DNA from: Oopsacas minuta
Lineage: Eukaryota; Animalia; Porifera
Reading direction: 5' to 3'
DNA length: 64,000 bases
NCBI GenBank assembly: GCA_024704765.1
Contig: JAKMXF010000111.1
Location: 450,619 to 514,618 of the forward strand
Made by a program: the position numbers and the translations under genes. This document shows positions 24,587-36,829 of this stretch, one piece after another. A model generated the notes under the pieces. The model was not told where the DNA came from. It saw only the letters and a program-made list of their open reading frames with translations, and searched no databases. The stretch's first letter is position 1. Each line of letters opens with the position of its first letter.

Positions 24587-27500
24587 ATGATCTCTAGCAT
24601 GAATATATGGTGTCTTATTGTAACAGTACTCACAATATTGTCGCTGAGAGGTGTCAGCTCTAGTGTTGTGAGTCTAAATGGCATGGTACACCACTTTGAG
24701 CCACTTGTATACAATGCCCAAGAGCTCCTCCATCACCACACGACTAAGAGAGATCTAGACAAGTCCCAGATTAAATTACCTTTCGTCTTTCAAGCGTTTG
24801 GCCGACGGTTTGATATCGAATTGTTTCCAGACGATTCTATGTTCTCTCCAGACGTTAAAATATCTGATGGAATAAACGAGTACGACTTCGACAGGTAAGG
24901 TACCACTGTCCATGTCCCCTCAGTCCTGGTGTGAATAACCTCCCCGGTCTGATCTCTACCCTCTATCTCTAGGTCTAAGCTTTACTCAGGTCGCAGTAGA
25001 ACCTCACAGCCCATGTACATAACAGGACACCTGTATCATGACGTATTTACTGGCGTAATTGTAACTGAAACTGAAACTTATGTGATAGAACCAGCTGATC
25101 GACATTTCAACACTTCTCAATCTTATCACTCAATCATATATAAAGAGAGTGATGTTATGGATGTAAATGGAAAAATGTGTGGAGTATCTGATGAGAAGGT
25201 TATATCATATTATTCACACCCTTTTAATTGTTAATTGTGTCCCGCAGAAAAGTAGGAGATGTGGCATTTAGAATGTCCACTTAATTGTGTCGTGTTTAGG
25301 TGGTTGAAACTGACGCTAATGAGCTACCAACTCTCAGTTCCATGTTCTCAGACGGGATGAGAGTTAGAAGACAATCTGTAAATATGGGAAAACGAACTTG
25401 TACTCTACTCGTCGACCTGGAAAACAAATTTGTAGATAGTGTCAAAGGAAGTGTTACTGATGTAAATCAAATAAGAGGTTGTTTGTTTGTTTGTGTATTT
25501 GTGTGTGTGTGTGTGTGTGTGTTTCTTTATTTGTTTACTAGTTGTTTATCTATAGCTATCGCAATGGGACAAGTGGCTATCCATCTAAGTCTCGTATCTT
25601 CAATATTCTCAGGAACAGAATTCCCACAATTATTTGATGATGATCTTGGAGTATTCTTAATAGTGCCTAAGGTCATTATCAATTTGGACACTGAGACATT
25701 ATTCGCAGACAATTTCATAGGTGTTGCGGAGTACTTAAACATATTTTCTGGTATTAATCATGATGACTACTGTCTTGCTTGTAAATTTACACATAGAGAT
25801 TTTGAAGGTGGAGTTCTTGGTCTCGCGTGGGTGGGTAGTACTTCTTTTGGATCTGGTGGCATTTGTGATCCATTTACTGGTACCAGAGGGCTAAATACTG
25901 GTAAGTCAAGTGTCATAAATATAATACAGTAAACATTGGATTTACCGACACTCCTTTGGGCAGGCTAGAAAGTCGTAATATCCGATTTGTCGTTAAAGTC
26001 AATGTTTCCTGTATATCATATAATCAAAGTTTAAACCGATCGAACCGAATATCAGTATTCATGAATAGCTGCTTATACGAATACCGATATTCGCGTGGTA
26101 ACCGAATATTGAACTACCCGCCAAATATTCTTCGGTTGCAACCTTGAATGTAATATAATCAGCTGGTGTTGTATCTAACACGGATATGTATAAAATTGTA
26201 CTTTAGATTCATTATTGAAATCCTCACGAAAATATTCACATAGGAATTGTTACTACTCTGAACTACGGACGAACTGTCTCAGTAATCACAACAACTATCA
26301 CATGGGCCCACGAAATGGGACACAATTTCGGAGCCCCTCATGACACAACCGCTGCCTGCACGGGTCAGCCAGTTGGTAACAACTACATAATGTACCCACA
26401 GGCCAACGATGGGTCACAACCAAACAACATCCTCTTCTCTTCATGCTCTATCGCCTCAATGACAACCATAATTGAAGCCAAAGGTGCAAACGAAGATGGT
26501 TGTTTTCAAGCTCGGGTGGGAGTTGCTTTCTGCGGCAACGGAATAGTGGAAGGTATGTAACCATTTTCCACGGGTATATTAAGTTCTGGGTCGACACATT
26601 TTGGGACGCTGATCCTGTCAGGTGCCCCCCAAGCACGTAGATAAACCCCTGCATATTTCCTACATTCTTTGAGCGTTGCTTGAAAGCCATATTACCCTAT
26701 TATAGAAGGAGAACAGTGTGATTGTGGATTTGCAGCTGACTGCAGTGACAATTGCTGTGACGCTGGATCTTGTACCCTTATGGGGGTGGAATGTAGTCCC
26801 ACTGAGGGGCCATGCTGTTTCACCAATTGTACATATAACCCATTTGGAACTGAGTGTATGTCAGAAGCTGAATGTACTTTCCTGTCGGTTTGTACAGGTG
26901 TGAATGCAACTTGTCCTACTCCTGCACCTAAGGTTAGTACACCCCCAATCAGATTACTGGGTTCAATAGGCGTATAGCTACGTGTTTGATTGGCTGATAC
27001 ACCAAATTTCAAGTTTGTAGGCTCTTACGAATTGCTCAATAACAAACAAACAAACAAACAAACAAGCAAACAAACAAACAAATATTTATTACCCTAGGTT
27101 AACAATACGCTATGTAACAACAATCAGAGTGTGTGTTTTAACGGAGAATGTAGTTCCAGCTATTGTCTATTCAACGGTCTATTTGACTGTGACATAATCT
27201 CTCAGGATTCTCTTCTCGTCTGTGAGCTAGCCTGTACAAATGATACATCGCCAGATGGTATTTGTGTATCTACATACGAGATAGCTTTGATGAATGGATC
27301 TACCATTGAAGGTATACATACTTTAGAATAGTAGGTTTACTTATTACAGACTGTTTGGGTGAAGGCAATAAATCTGATTTTGATACAGTAGACATAGGAT
27401 ATTTTACTGTATATTTTGTCACTTATCTCAGAGAGTTGTAGAGGTTTCGGTTAGATATGATAAAATATTCATAGTCACACAAATTCACATCTGCCCGCCA

Positions 27501-27902
27501 ATTTACAAGTCTCTAACTCAAACCAGTAAATAATAACAGAGTTTTAATAACAAACAAATTCTAGGTCGGCAACAAGTTGTAGGAGGTCTCTGTAACGGTA
27601 CAGAGGGGTATTGCGACTATTTCAGTGTATGCAGGTCTCCTGATGACGAGGGCCCCCTTACACGTCTCACGAATCTCATCTTGAACCCTGAGACCCTTCA
27701 GAGCATCCAAGAGTACCTGACAACCTACTGGTGGGCAATTATGCTGGGAGGAATATTCTTGATAATTCTTCTAGTTTTTGTTACCTGGATTTGTTCTGTG
27801 GTACCCTTGCCCTCTTTTAGGTGGAAGAAGAGAAGGGAGGATCTCGGTCCTGTCACCAAGAAAAAGAAATCCGGGTTAGTCTTGAGGAACCCGAACCATT
27901 GA
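24587..27902 (+). CDS. ADAM10: ADAM10/Kuzbanian-type metalloprotease-disintegrin (~714 aa); 3' end may have an extra exon
   Basis: Exons 24587-24894, 24973-25198, 25300-25477, 25556-25900, 26244-26552, 26706-26932, 27098-27311, 27565-27902. Cys switch MCG; furin site RVRR; HRDFEGGVLGLAWVG; zinc motif HEMGHNFGAPHD; disintegrin CGNGIVE/EQCDCG; membrane-proximal GYCDYFSVCR..DEGPLTRL and YWWAIML, typical of ADAM10. Confidence 0.88.
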
Positions 27903-28900
27903 TAGGATTAGTGAAACACACTGCCACTTTTGTGGTGGTTTATTAACTCAAATCATTTTCAGTAAAATCCTTTTGTTTTAGTTAATCATATTTATCATAT
28001 TTGTTACGGGTTTATTTGTACACTATTATTCGTACATACCAACACCTCTTCCATGGATACCATATTATAATTCAAAAGTGTTCCATTTATAGAGGACTTG
28101 GTTCATGGGGAGGGCCCAAGCGCTAACTTTTTGAGGGCAAACTTGGTTGTGGATTGGGCAAATATGTATTCCGAATTTCCCAAATATTACTGCTAACTAT
28201 TCAATAAGTGATATATTTGATAATCCAGGATAACTGTAAACACCCCTCGATCCCTTCCACTCTCTCTAAGGAGTACAAGGTAACACCTAACACCTACAAC
28301 TGACCCTCATCAAAATGTTACTATTATTACTGAAACACCTCAGAAGCACATTATGTCATAGCACTAATTTAATTAACACCTCTGCTGATTTATAATTATC
28401 AAGAATTGTGTAATATAATACTTTACCATCAATGGTATTACTGCCATTATATCCATATATGGTTATTCATTATAACTACACTTACGGATCCATTAAGAGA
28501 TTCTTCATCGGAGATTTAGAAGTTACTCCCCGTGTACTGGGGATCCTAGTGAGCAGGGGGGGGGCAGTTATCCAGGTTAAGATTTTGTTCCATTTCCAGC
28601 GGGACAACTTACTTCGTCCTAACTAGCAAACGAAAGTGAATGCATACTTTCCAACACTCCCATTTTTGGCGTCCATCTGAATTTCACACATTCTTTAGTG
28701 CCATGTTCCATATTCCCATGACTAAAACCGCATAATAGCCCGCTGTCTGAAGCCCGAATACTCTATTGAGCTGTAAGTATAAATTGTCAATTACCAGAGT
28801 CTAAATAATAACAAAGGTCAATTCGGTTGCTATATTGTTTCACATTACAATAGGTCCTTATTACAACCAATTCATTCTACGTTTATTAAAAAGTGTCCAA

Positions 28901-29767
28901 ATGGCAGACTTTCAATTATCAGATGGAGATCGTGTGAAAATTGCATCAAATTTTATATGTCTGACACCTCCGGGCGAATTTGTTGAGGTTTTCAATGATA
29001 TTCGTATTCTTCTGAATAACGATACCCTTTTGAAAGAGAAGGGAGGCAATTCGTTCGCTAAGTACAATAAGGACCAATTCACACCTGTTAAACTCACCGA
29101 CGAACGGTCCGCTCTCATTTCACATCATTCCCAACTACCGGACGGACGGTTCTTTGACCCGACCAGTCGTTCGACCTTCAAGTATGATCACCTCCGTCGC
29201 GAGGTATCGGACATCCGTAAAGACTGGTCCCCCAATCAGACCGAGAGTTACAGGGAAGCGGTTGACAAGGAAACCCTAAGTTATATAAACGAACATTTCA
29301 CGACTGGTGCTGCGACTGTTTTCGGCACTGTTGATGGAAATAATTTCAAAATTGTACTTTGTATCGAAAATCATAAATTCAGTTCTACCAACTTCTGGAA
29401 CGCTCGTTGGCGGTCAGAATGGAATGCCACTTTTACGCCACGTGGCGCGGTGGAGGTAAAAGGTATCCTGAAGGTGCAGGTACACTATTACGAAGCGGGT
29501 AACGTACAACTGGTCTCATCTAAAGAAATAAAAGACCGCTATCAAGACGACGGCGAACCTGCCTTTGCGAAAAAGCTCGTCGAAATAATCCGCGGGTCAG
29601 AGACTCATTTCCAAGAGGCCCTGAATGAGAACTATCGGACAATGAACTCCACAACCTTCAAGGCTCTTCGTCGGGCTCTACCCATTACTCACACCAAGTT
29701 AGACTGGCTTAAGATCAAAGGAATGACTGTTGGTAAGGAGCTGATGGCTAAGGAGAATGTCCAGTAG
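28901..29767 (+). CDS. CAPZA: F-actin capping protein subunit alpha, single exon (288 aa)
   Basis: Motifs PPGEFVEVFNDIRILL, NFWNARWRSEW, KVQVHYYEAGNVQL, TFKALRRALPITHTKLDW. True ATG at 28901; the track ORF starts at an upstream TTG. Confidence 0.93.
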   Translation: MADFQLSDGDRVKIASNFICLTPPGEFVEVFNDIRILLNNDTLLKEKGGNSFAKYNKDQFTPVKLTDERSALISHHSQLPDGRFFDPTSRSTFKYDHLRREVSDIRKDWSPNQTESYREAVDKETLSYINEHFTTGAATVFGTVDGNNFKIVLCIENHKFSSTNFWNARWRSEWNATFTPRGAVEVKGILKVQVHYYEAGNVQLVSSKEIKDRYQDDGEPAFAKKLVEIIRGSETHFQEALNENYRTMNSTTFKALRRALPITHTKLDWLKIKGMTVGKELMAKENVQ

Positions 29768-30264
29768 AGTCTAGATTAGTGTGTGGAATTTATTAGGTTG
29801 TTATGTAAGTTAGTGTGATGTAATATATATATATTATCATTGGTGACACCTGTAATGGGATCTATTTTGTGTCTCACAGGTCTCCCGGGGCCGGACTGAA
29901 GGAGGAAACCATGTCCACGATCTGGGTGTTAATATCAATCCCTCTGGTGCGAGGATTGGATCATATGCCATACTTTTGCCCCCTTAACACCCCCTGGGGT
30001 GAGGTTACTGAAAGTTGTTAAGAAGGACAGGGGGAGAGGGGACAATAATCTAACATATGTGAATACTCATAGAGTGAAAATTTTGTGAACTTCTGCAATA
30101 ATGTGTGACTCATTGCTAGATCAAAAGGTTCAATTAACTTTGATTTTCATTCTTAGAAACCAAATTAATATCAAATATTTAATCTGGATTCCGCATCCAT
30201 TAAATGGTAACTATGCATAGATTAGTTATAAATTAGTGATACAATTGGATTTTAATGGTATTTG

Positions 30265-32102
30265 ATGAGTGGAATAGCAGAGGCACAGAGGGTCGGAGGG
30301 GTAACAGGGGGTCTTGGAAAGGAACACCTGTTCAAAATACTTGTTATAGGAGATTATGGAGTAGGTAAGTGTTAATTGAAATAGCTAGAGAACAGTTTTT
30401 GGGTATTTTTATGTGTTTTGTATCTCTTCTATGTGATTGATGAATTTTCAGGAAAGGTATGTAACTAGTTAATTTAATTAACAGGGGGCTAATCTTTGGC
30501 CAAAGGGTCTCCCACCTTTTTACATGCACCGTTATGTCCTCGTTTATATGAGTACCAAGGGGTCGAGGGGATGTGTCCTCGTTACCCATGGTTCGGATTA
30601 AAAGGAGATTCCTATATTAATTGTATCCATGGTTATATTGTTATTATATAATATTACTTTAGACAGCTGTAATTAGAAGATATACAGAAGGTAAGGATAT
30701 ATGTATATAGTGTCAGGAATGTCAATTTATTATCTCGCTTTTTGGAAACTCCCCCTCTAATTTATTGATATTTATTCTAGAATATTCTATAGTATTCTAT
30801 TTATTGTTCTATTTTTAGCTTCATTTACTCCTAACTACAAGCTAACGATTGGGGTGGATTTCTCCTCTCGGTCACATGAGTGGGATAATGACACTAGAGT
30901 AACTTTACAATTATGGTAATTATAAGCCTATTTATCTATTTATACCTCTTGAATTGATTGGTTATCAGGTACAGCCAATAAGATTGTCTTTTCTGAACAG
31001 AATAACAGTAAGGATTAATTTTATTGGTTGACAATAGTCAATATTATAATCACAATATATTGACACCTTTTAACAGGGATATAGCAGGTCATGAGAGGTA
31101 CGGACAGATGACAAGAGTATATTATAAATACGCGTGAGTTTAGGCGGGTAGTTTGTTGTTATTTACTTGTTCATTTACTTCTCTCTCTAATAGACATGCT
31201 GCAATTATTGTATTCGATCAAACTCGGTAAGTTTTGAAATATTCAAGTATTAATTTTTCAAATATTTAACATCTATTTTAGGACAGCTTCATTCGATTCA
31301 GTTCTAAAAGTAAGTTTGTACAAACAAGTCTTTGTTTATTTGTTGTTTATTTATTTGTTTGTTTATTTGTTTAGTGGTATTCTGATGTCAAAGAAAAAGT
31401 TGTTCTCTCAAACAATCAACATGTACCTGTACTGTTATTAGCTAATAAGGTATAGACAGTCACCTTCAGTTATGTCAAACACGGACATATTGAAATACCC
31501 GAAAGTAATTATTGTCGTCCCTTGAGCTCGAATATAATGGGAAATGGCTGTATGTAGATTTCGGTTGATCAGGCCACTTAACCAGAAACTGAACCACGGA
31601 TGGTTCCTCGGGACAATGATTCTAGGTCCTGTTTGACTCTATTAATGGGCCTATTTGTTATTTAGAGTGACCTTAAGGACCAATTAGAGGTAGATCTAAC
31701 GCACATGAATGATTTCTTACAGATGCACGATTTCATTGGGTGGTTAGTTATACATATATGGACCTATTGAAAGTGTTGAATTAATCATATTTAAAATTTA
31801 CAGGTTTAGAACTTCGGCTAAAGATAATTTGAATATTGGTTTGTTAATAATATAATACTTTTTTTGTGGGCATTTTTGTCATATTTTTTGACAAAAATGT
31901 GATTTTTTATTTTACAGATGAGGCAATGCAATTCTTACTTGACCACGTGATGACGACACAATCTGACCCAGCTGTTCGTCCTGTGACTCCCTCAGACCCA
32001 AATTCAACCTTCACACTATCAAATAGCTATAGAGTACATAGCGATACGCCAATACCGTTGTCAGGGAAGACTTCTAATTCTTATTGCTGCTCTAACAATT
32101 AA
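30265..32102 (+). CDS. Rab32/38/29-family small GTPase (~239 aa), 11 exons including a 5-nt microexon
   Basis: Exons 30265-30364, 30452-30456, 30663-30690, 30819-30915, 31077-31133, 31194-31226, 31282-31309, 31375-31449, 31666-31742, 31804-31838, 31918-32102 give HLFKILVIGDYGVGKT, YKLTIGVDF, LQLWDIAGHERYGQMTRVYYKYA, LLANKSD, FIGWFRTSAKDNLNI and a C-terminal CCSNN. Confidence 0.88.
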
Positions 32103-32398
32103 AGAATATATTTGTAGATTTAAGCTCGAATTGTTTATTGTTTTTATTTGCATTTTCTATAAATATTGTCATTTTTTGAATCAGAAATGTTTTGGTATAT
32201 TTCTCCGCCACTTTCAAAGGACCCCGCGACACATTTAGAGACACAAATATGTAAATACAAACATTATAATATTAAGCGCTTAATGGATAGAACTCTTATA
32301 CTTGATTGGTTGGATTCTTAGAGATACAAATGCAATGATGATTGTGTTTACTATTGTTTATGCTCTGAATAGTTCATAAAGTAAACAATATAATTATC

Positions 32399-32625
32399 AT
32401 GTTATGTCACCTCACAACCAATCAATTCACAAACTCAGAAGGTGTTAAGAATTCATTTAACAAATTGTAAAGCCTCAAATCTGATTGGTGGACACATTTG
32501 TCACCTTACCTCTGAGATTTGTGAATATTTTCGTTAGATTTTTGTACATATTTTAAGTTACACCACTTAACACCTAACTACCAAATATCAAGTTTGTAGC
32601 TCTTACCAGTTCCTCAATCCATCCA
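32399..32625. repeat. Dispersed interspersed repeat family with tctgattgg / gacacc..tctcagagattt / aatatcaagtttgtagctct motifs
   Basis: Recognisable copies near 22855-22930, 26955-27040, 33110-33245, 35545-35665, 40990-41150, 41720-41960, 48850-49000 and 56500-56620, in both orientations. Boundaries are approximate. Confidence 0.6.
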
Positions 32626-32667
32626 AATAAGATATTATCCCAAATATTCCAGTATACTTTAGCATAG

Positions 32668-35600
32668 ATGACGACACAAGGAGAACCAGGAAGTTCCCTT
32701 GAGGATCAGGAAAAGCTCTTAGATGACGCAGTCCGCCGCGTAAAGCGTAACGCATTCGATATGAAACGTTGTCTCGACCAGTCTCAAGTTATGGATGGTG
32801 TGAACCACGCGGGGACGATGCTAGACGAAATGCGGACTTCCTTGCTTAGTCCAAAGAGCTACTACATGCTGTATATGAATGTGTCTGATGAACTAATGCA
32901 TTTGAGCCAGTTTCTGGTTGATGAATACGGGAAGGGTAACCGGATGCCTGATTTGTATGAATTGGTGCAATACTGTGGTAACATTGTACCCAGGTTATAC
33001 CTACTGGTGACTGTAGGCACTGCTTACATAAAGGTAGAGTTTGATTGGTTAATATATTTTTAATTAAATGTAAAAATAGAATATTTTATAACCTAGAGAG
33101 CCTAAATCTAATAGGTCAAGACATTTTAACACCTATCTCAGAGATTTTTTGAGATATTGCTTAGATCTTTGAACTCGTTCTTAGATTTATAACATTCTAC
33201 ACATGTGTCAAATATCAAGTTTGTAACTCTCCAGTTCCTCAATCAATTCTGGACAATAAAACGAAAAAATCTTTTCAAGTAAAACTTGTCACATTGGTAT
33301 TTCCGATATTTTCTCGGTATTATATAGGTGTTAATTATATTTATGGTACTTTAGGTTAGAGAGGGGTCCCGTAAGAACATTCTCAGAGATCTAGTTGAGA
33401 TGTGTCGGGGGGTACAGCACCCTCTGAGGGGTCTATTCCTCAGGAATTATTTGTTACAGTGTACTCGACTAGCTTTACCAGACACTGGACAAGATAAGGA
33501 ACAATATGGAGATGGAGGAGTAGAAGATAGTATTGAGTTTATTCATCTTAATTTCGGTGAGATGAATAAGTTATGGGTGCGTATGCAGTACCAGGGACAC
33601 TCTAGGGAGAAGGAGAAGAGAGAGAAAGAGAGATTAGAGCTACGAGTAAGTTGTTGTGAAAAATGACCATATGAGTATTCATAATTTAACCATGGATGGC
33701 GGATTTAGTTCCTTTTATGTAATATATACAAATTTTCCTACTCCAACCAAGCGTGGTATGCCTCAAAACAGCCCAGAACAATTTCCAAGCGGATTAACTA
33801 TACCCGCCATCCATGGTCAAATAATTAATAAGCATATTTTGCGGACTATTTTCGTCCTAGAAATTTCTTTCCAAGAATTTTTCTATTATTTACAGGTACT
33901 TGTGGGTACGAATTTAGTCAGATTATCAGACCTACAAGGAATAGATGCTGAGTGCTATAAGAAACAGGTGTTACCCGGTATCCTGGATCAAGTGATACAA
34001 TGCAGGGACCCTATCTCCCAGGAATACCTTCTAGAATGTGTTATATCTGTATTCCCTGATGAGTTCCATCTACAAACCTTAGAATCTATTCTTAGGACTT
34101 GTCAGAAGCTACATGAGAGGGTTGCTATCAGGAAGATAGTTGTGTCACTTCTGGAAAGGTAAATCAGCTGTTTTTGTACTGTAATGACTGTCACACAGTC
34201 CAATATTTGCTCTCTGGTTGTCATGATAGATAGATAACTGAATGCTTTGAGGGACATACCTAAGTTCTCTACGTTGCTAAGCTAATTCTTTCTTCCAATT
34301 AAATTCTCAGTTATCCAAACACTATATATTCATATGATAAATCATATTTTAGACTAATAAAGTTTTCAGAAAACCCAGATAGCGGTGGAATTCCCTCAGA
34401 TATTCTCATCTTTAACATATTCTCCGTAGAAGTTTCTGAATTAATTCAAAACCACAAATCCGTTGCTACAGTAGATGGATTAGCTATGCTCTCTAGTGTT
34501 CTAAATTTAGCACTCACTGTGTACCCCAAGGAGATATCATATGTGGATCAGTTACTCTCATTTTGCCTCAAATGTGTTGAATCAGTTCCTGAGGCTGATA
34601 TCAATAACATTACACTAAAGGTAACTGTCAAAGACCAAAATGGTGAACTCTATGCTTATCAGTTAATTAACCATGGATGCTGGATATAGATTAGTATATC
34701 TGCTTGGATGTTGTTCTAGGTCAGTGGTGGTACTCCTCGCTTGGTTGGAGAGGGATTTATTTACCATCCATGGTTAATTAGCTAATAAACATATAATCAG
34801 GACCATTTTTGTCAAAAACTGTAACTGTAATTATTCAAATATTTCCTTCAATATTAGTAAATTACCCATCAGTTAATACGAAAATTTTCTATTTTTAGAA
34901 TATATTTGGTCTACTAATATTAAAGTTATATTCAGCTAATTAGATTACTGGTTAACATTACGGAATGTAGGATAATTAACACCTATAGATCCAGTTTAAA
35001 TTAATCTCCTGACTATAGAGAGCTTCGTAAACAGAATTATTCATTGAAGGGAACTGTTTTTATTTGTGTTTACCAAATATATATTTTCAGGAATTACTGA
35101 AGCTACTTAAAGTCCCAATAGATGCATACAATCACGTGCTAACTATAATCAAATTAGAGACATACGCCCCTCTGATGGCTAGACTAGGGTACCAACACCG
35201 TAAGGACCTGTCCGTGTACCTCTGTCAGAACTTGATTGATACCGGAATTGAAATACCAACCCCTCAAGAAGCGGAGGAGTTTCTTGGTCTTATAGAATCT
35301 TTGATTAAAAAACAGAGTGACGAACCGACGGGTGAGATTGACCCTGAAGATTTCTCAGAGGAACAGAACCTTGTTGGACAGGTGGTACACAGACTGGTGT
35401 CACCTGTTAATGACCAACAGTACCATGTACTCACTACTGCTAAGAAATATTTCACAGAGGGTGGCGAAGAGAGGTAATTCTATTTATAGTAACGGGCCCA
35501 TAATTCTATACCTTGTATAACAAATCGATATTTTGAGGAATTGGAAAGGCTACAAACTTGAAAATTAGTAGAGAGGTGTCAAGTGGTGTAATTTATTTAA

Positions 35601-36829
35601 GCGAGATATTCGCATATTTCTGAGAAAAGGTGACAAAATGTGTCGCCCTATCAGATTTGAAGGTTTACCTAGTACAGTAGAACTCGGATAAGACGTATCC
35701 CCTCGGGAAACAGAAATTAGTACGTCTTAACCGAGTGTACGTCTTAAGCCGAGTACGTCTTATCCGAGTTCTACTGTATGTGTATATCCATATTCTATTG
35801 GTTAATTTGATTGCACAACTTAAGTAGTGTTTATATTCATATTCTAACACCTATCTGACGCTGAATTGCTTGATTAATCTACAGGTTACGCTACACATTA
35901 CCTCCCCTGGTATTCGCTGCTATGAAGCTAGTTAGACGCTACTATGCTGATAAAGACGCTGATGATAAATGGGAGAAGAAACTCCAACATATTTTCCAAT
36001 TTATATCACAAATTATACATTCCATTTCTAGCGCTGGGTTGTCAGAATTGAGTCTGAGATTATTCATCCAAGCAGCTCTATCAGCTGATAGAGTGCATGT
36101 GGAGACTATAGCTTATGAATTTGTGTCACAAGCCTTTATGATATATGAAGAAGAGATAAGTGATTCTAAGGCTCAGATGTCTGCTATTACTCTACTCGTG
36201 GGTAAGTTCATTCATCCCTGAATTCATCGACAGTGTAACCTGAATAACGCTATCCTATTTATCCACTTGTGGAATAGAATAGCATCTGTATGCTCTACGT
36301 ACAGTCATAATTACGAATGTGTGTTGTAGGAATGCTGGAACAGATGGGAAGTCTAGGAGAGGAGAACCATGAGACCTTAAGATCCAAGTGCGCCGTAACT
36401 TCTAACAAACTTTTGAGGAAATCTAACCAATGTCGAGCAGTCGCACTCTGCTCGAATTTATTTTGGTCTGGGCGAATCGCAGAGAGCAATGCTCACCTTA
36501 GAGACGGACAGAGGGTTGTGGAATGTTTAAGAAAAGCCCTGAAAATAGCTAACCAATGCATGGAAGCTGCAGCTCAGGTCCAGCTGTTCATAGAGGTGTT
36601 GAATTATTATTTGTATTATTATGAGAAAGAATGTGAGAGCGTGACTATCCAAATATTGGAACAGCTGATCAGGAAGATCAATGACTCCCTCCCGCACTTA
36701 GGCGCCAACGAGGAGGCAGAACAGATACACAAACACTTCCAATTGACCATTCAGCATGTAGTACACAGACAGAAGTTATCTGAGGGCTCAACAGGTGGTC
36801 CTAATTATGCTAAACTAAAGATAATATGA
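32668..36829 (+). CDS. VPS35: Vacuolar protein sorting 35, retromer subunit (~795 aa)
   Basis: Exons 32668-33033, 33355-33645, 33896-34158, 34353-34620, 35091-35473, 35885-36201, 36330-36829 join in frame. Motifs [83 protein letters not shown]. Confidence 0.95.
33652..33850. mobile_element. Foldback MITE in VPS35 intron 2
   Basis: Inverted arms around aaccatggatggcgg / ccgccatccatggtc. Same family as the element at 34621-34826. Confidence 0.5.
34621..34826. mobile_element. Foldback MITE in VPS35 intron 4
   Basis: About 60-bp imperfect inverted arms (gaccaaaatggt...ttaattaaccatggatg versus catccatggttaattag...accatttttgtc). Confidence 0.55.
35675..35776. mobile_element. Tc1/mariner(pogo)-type MITE in VPS35 intron 5
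   Basis: Perfect 23-bp TIR cagtagaactcggataagacgta, flanked by TA on both sides, with internal tacgtctta..cgag repeats. Confidence 0.8.

Noticed and set aside
28040-28720. Possible small minus-strand spliced gene between ADAM10 and CAPZA
   Set aside because: One open segment (LGRSKLSRWKWNKILTW...) has splice-like ends, but no coherent start-to-stop model or homology was found.
29731-30000. Cryptic donor near the CAPZA 3' end and an exon-like segment at 29880-30000 (alternative CAPZA C-terminus or Rab N-terminal extension)
   Set aside because: The unspliced CAPZA end matches the canonical GKE terminus and the Rab has its own in-frame ATG. The splice sites alone are not enough evidence.
30344-30589. 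Minus-strand ORF beginning MGNEDTS (possible myristoylated protein antisense to the Rab)
   Set aside because: It overlaps the Rab exon 1 end, microexon and introns, and no downstream exons or homology could be established.
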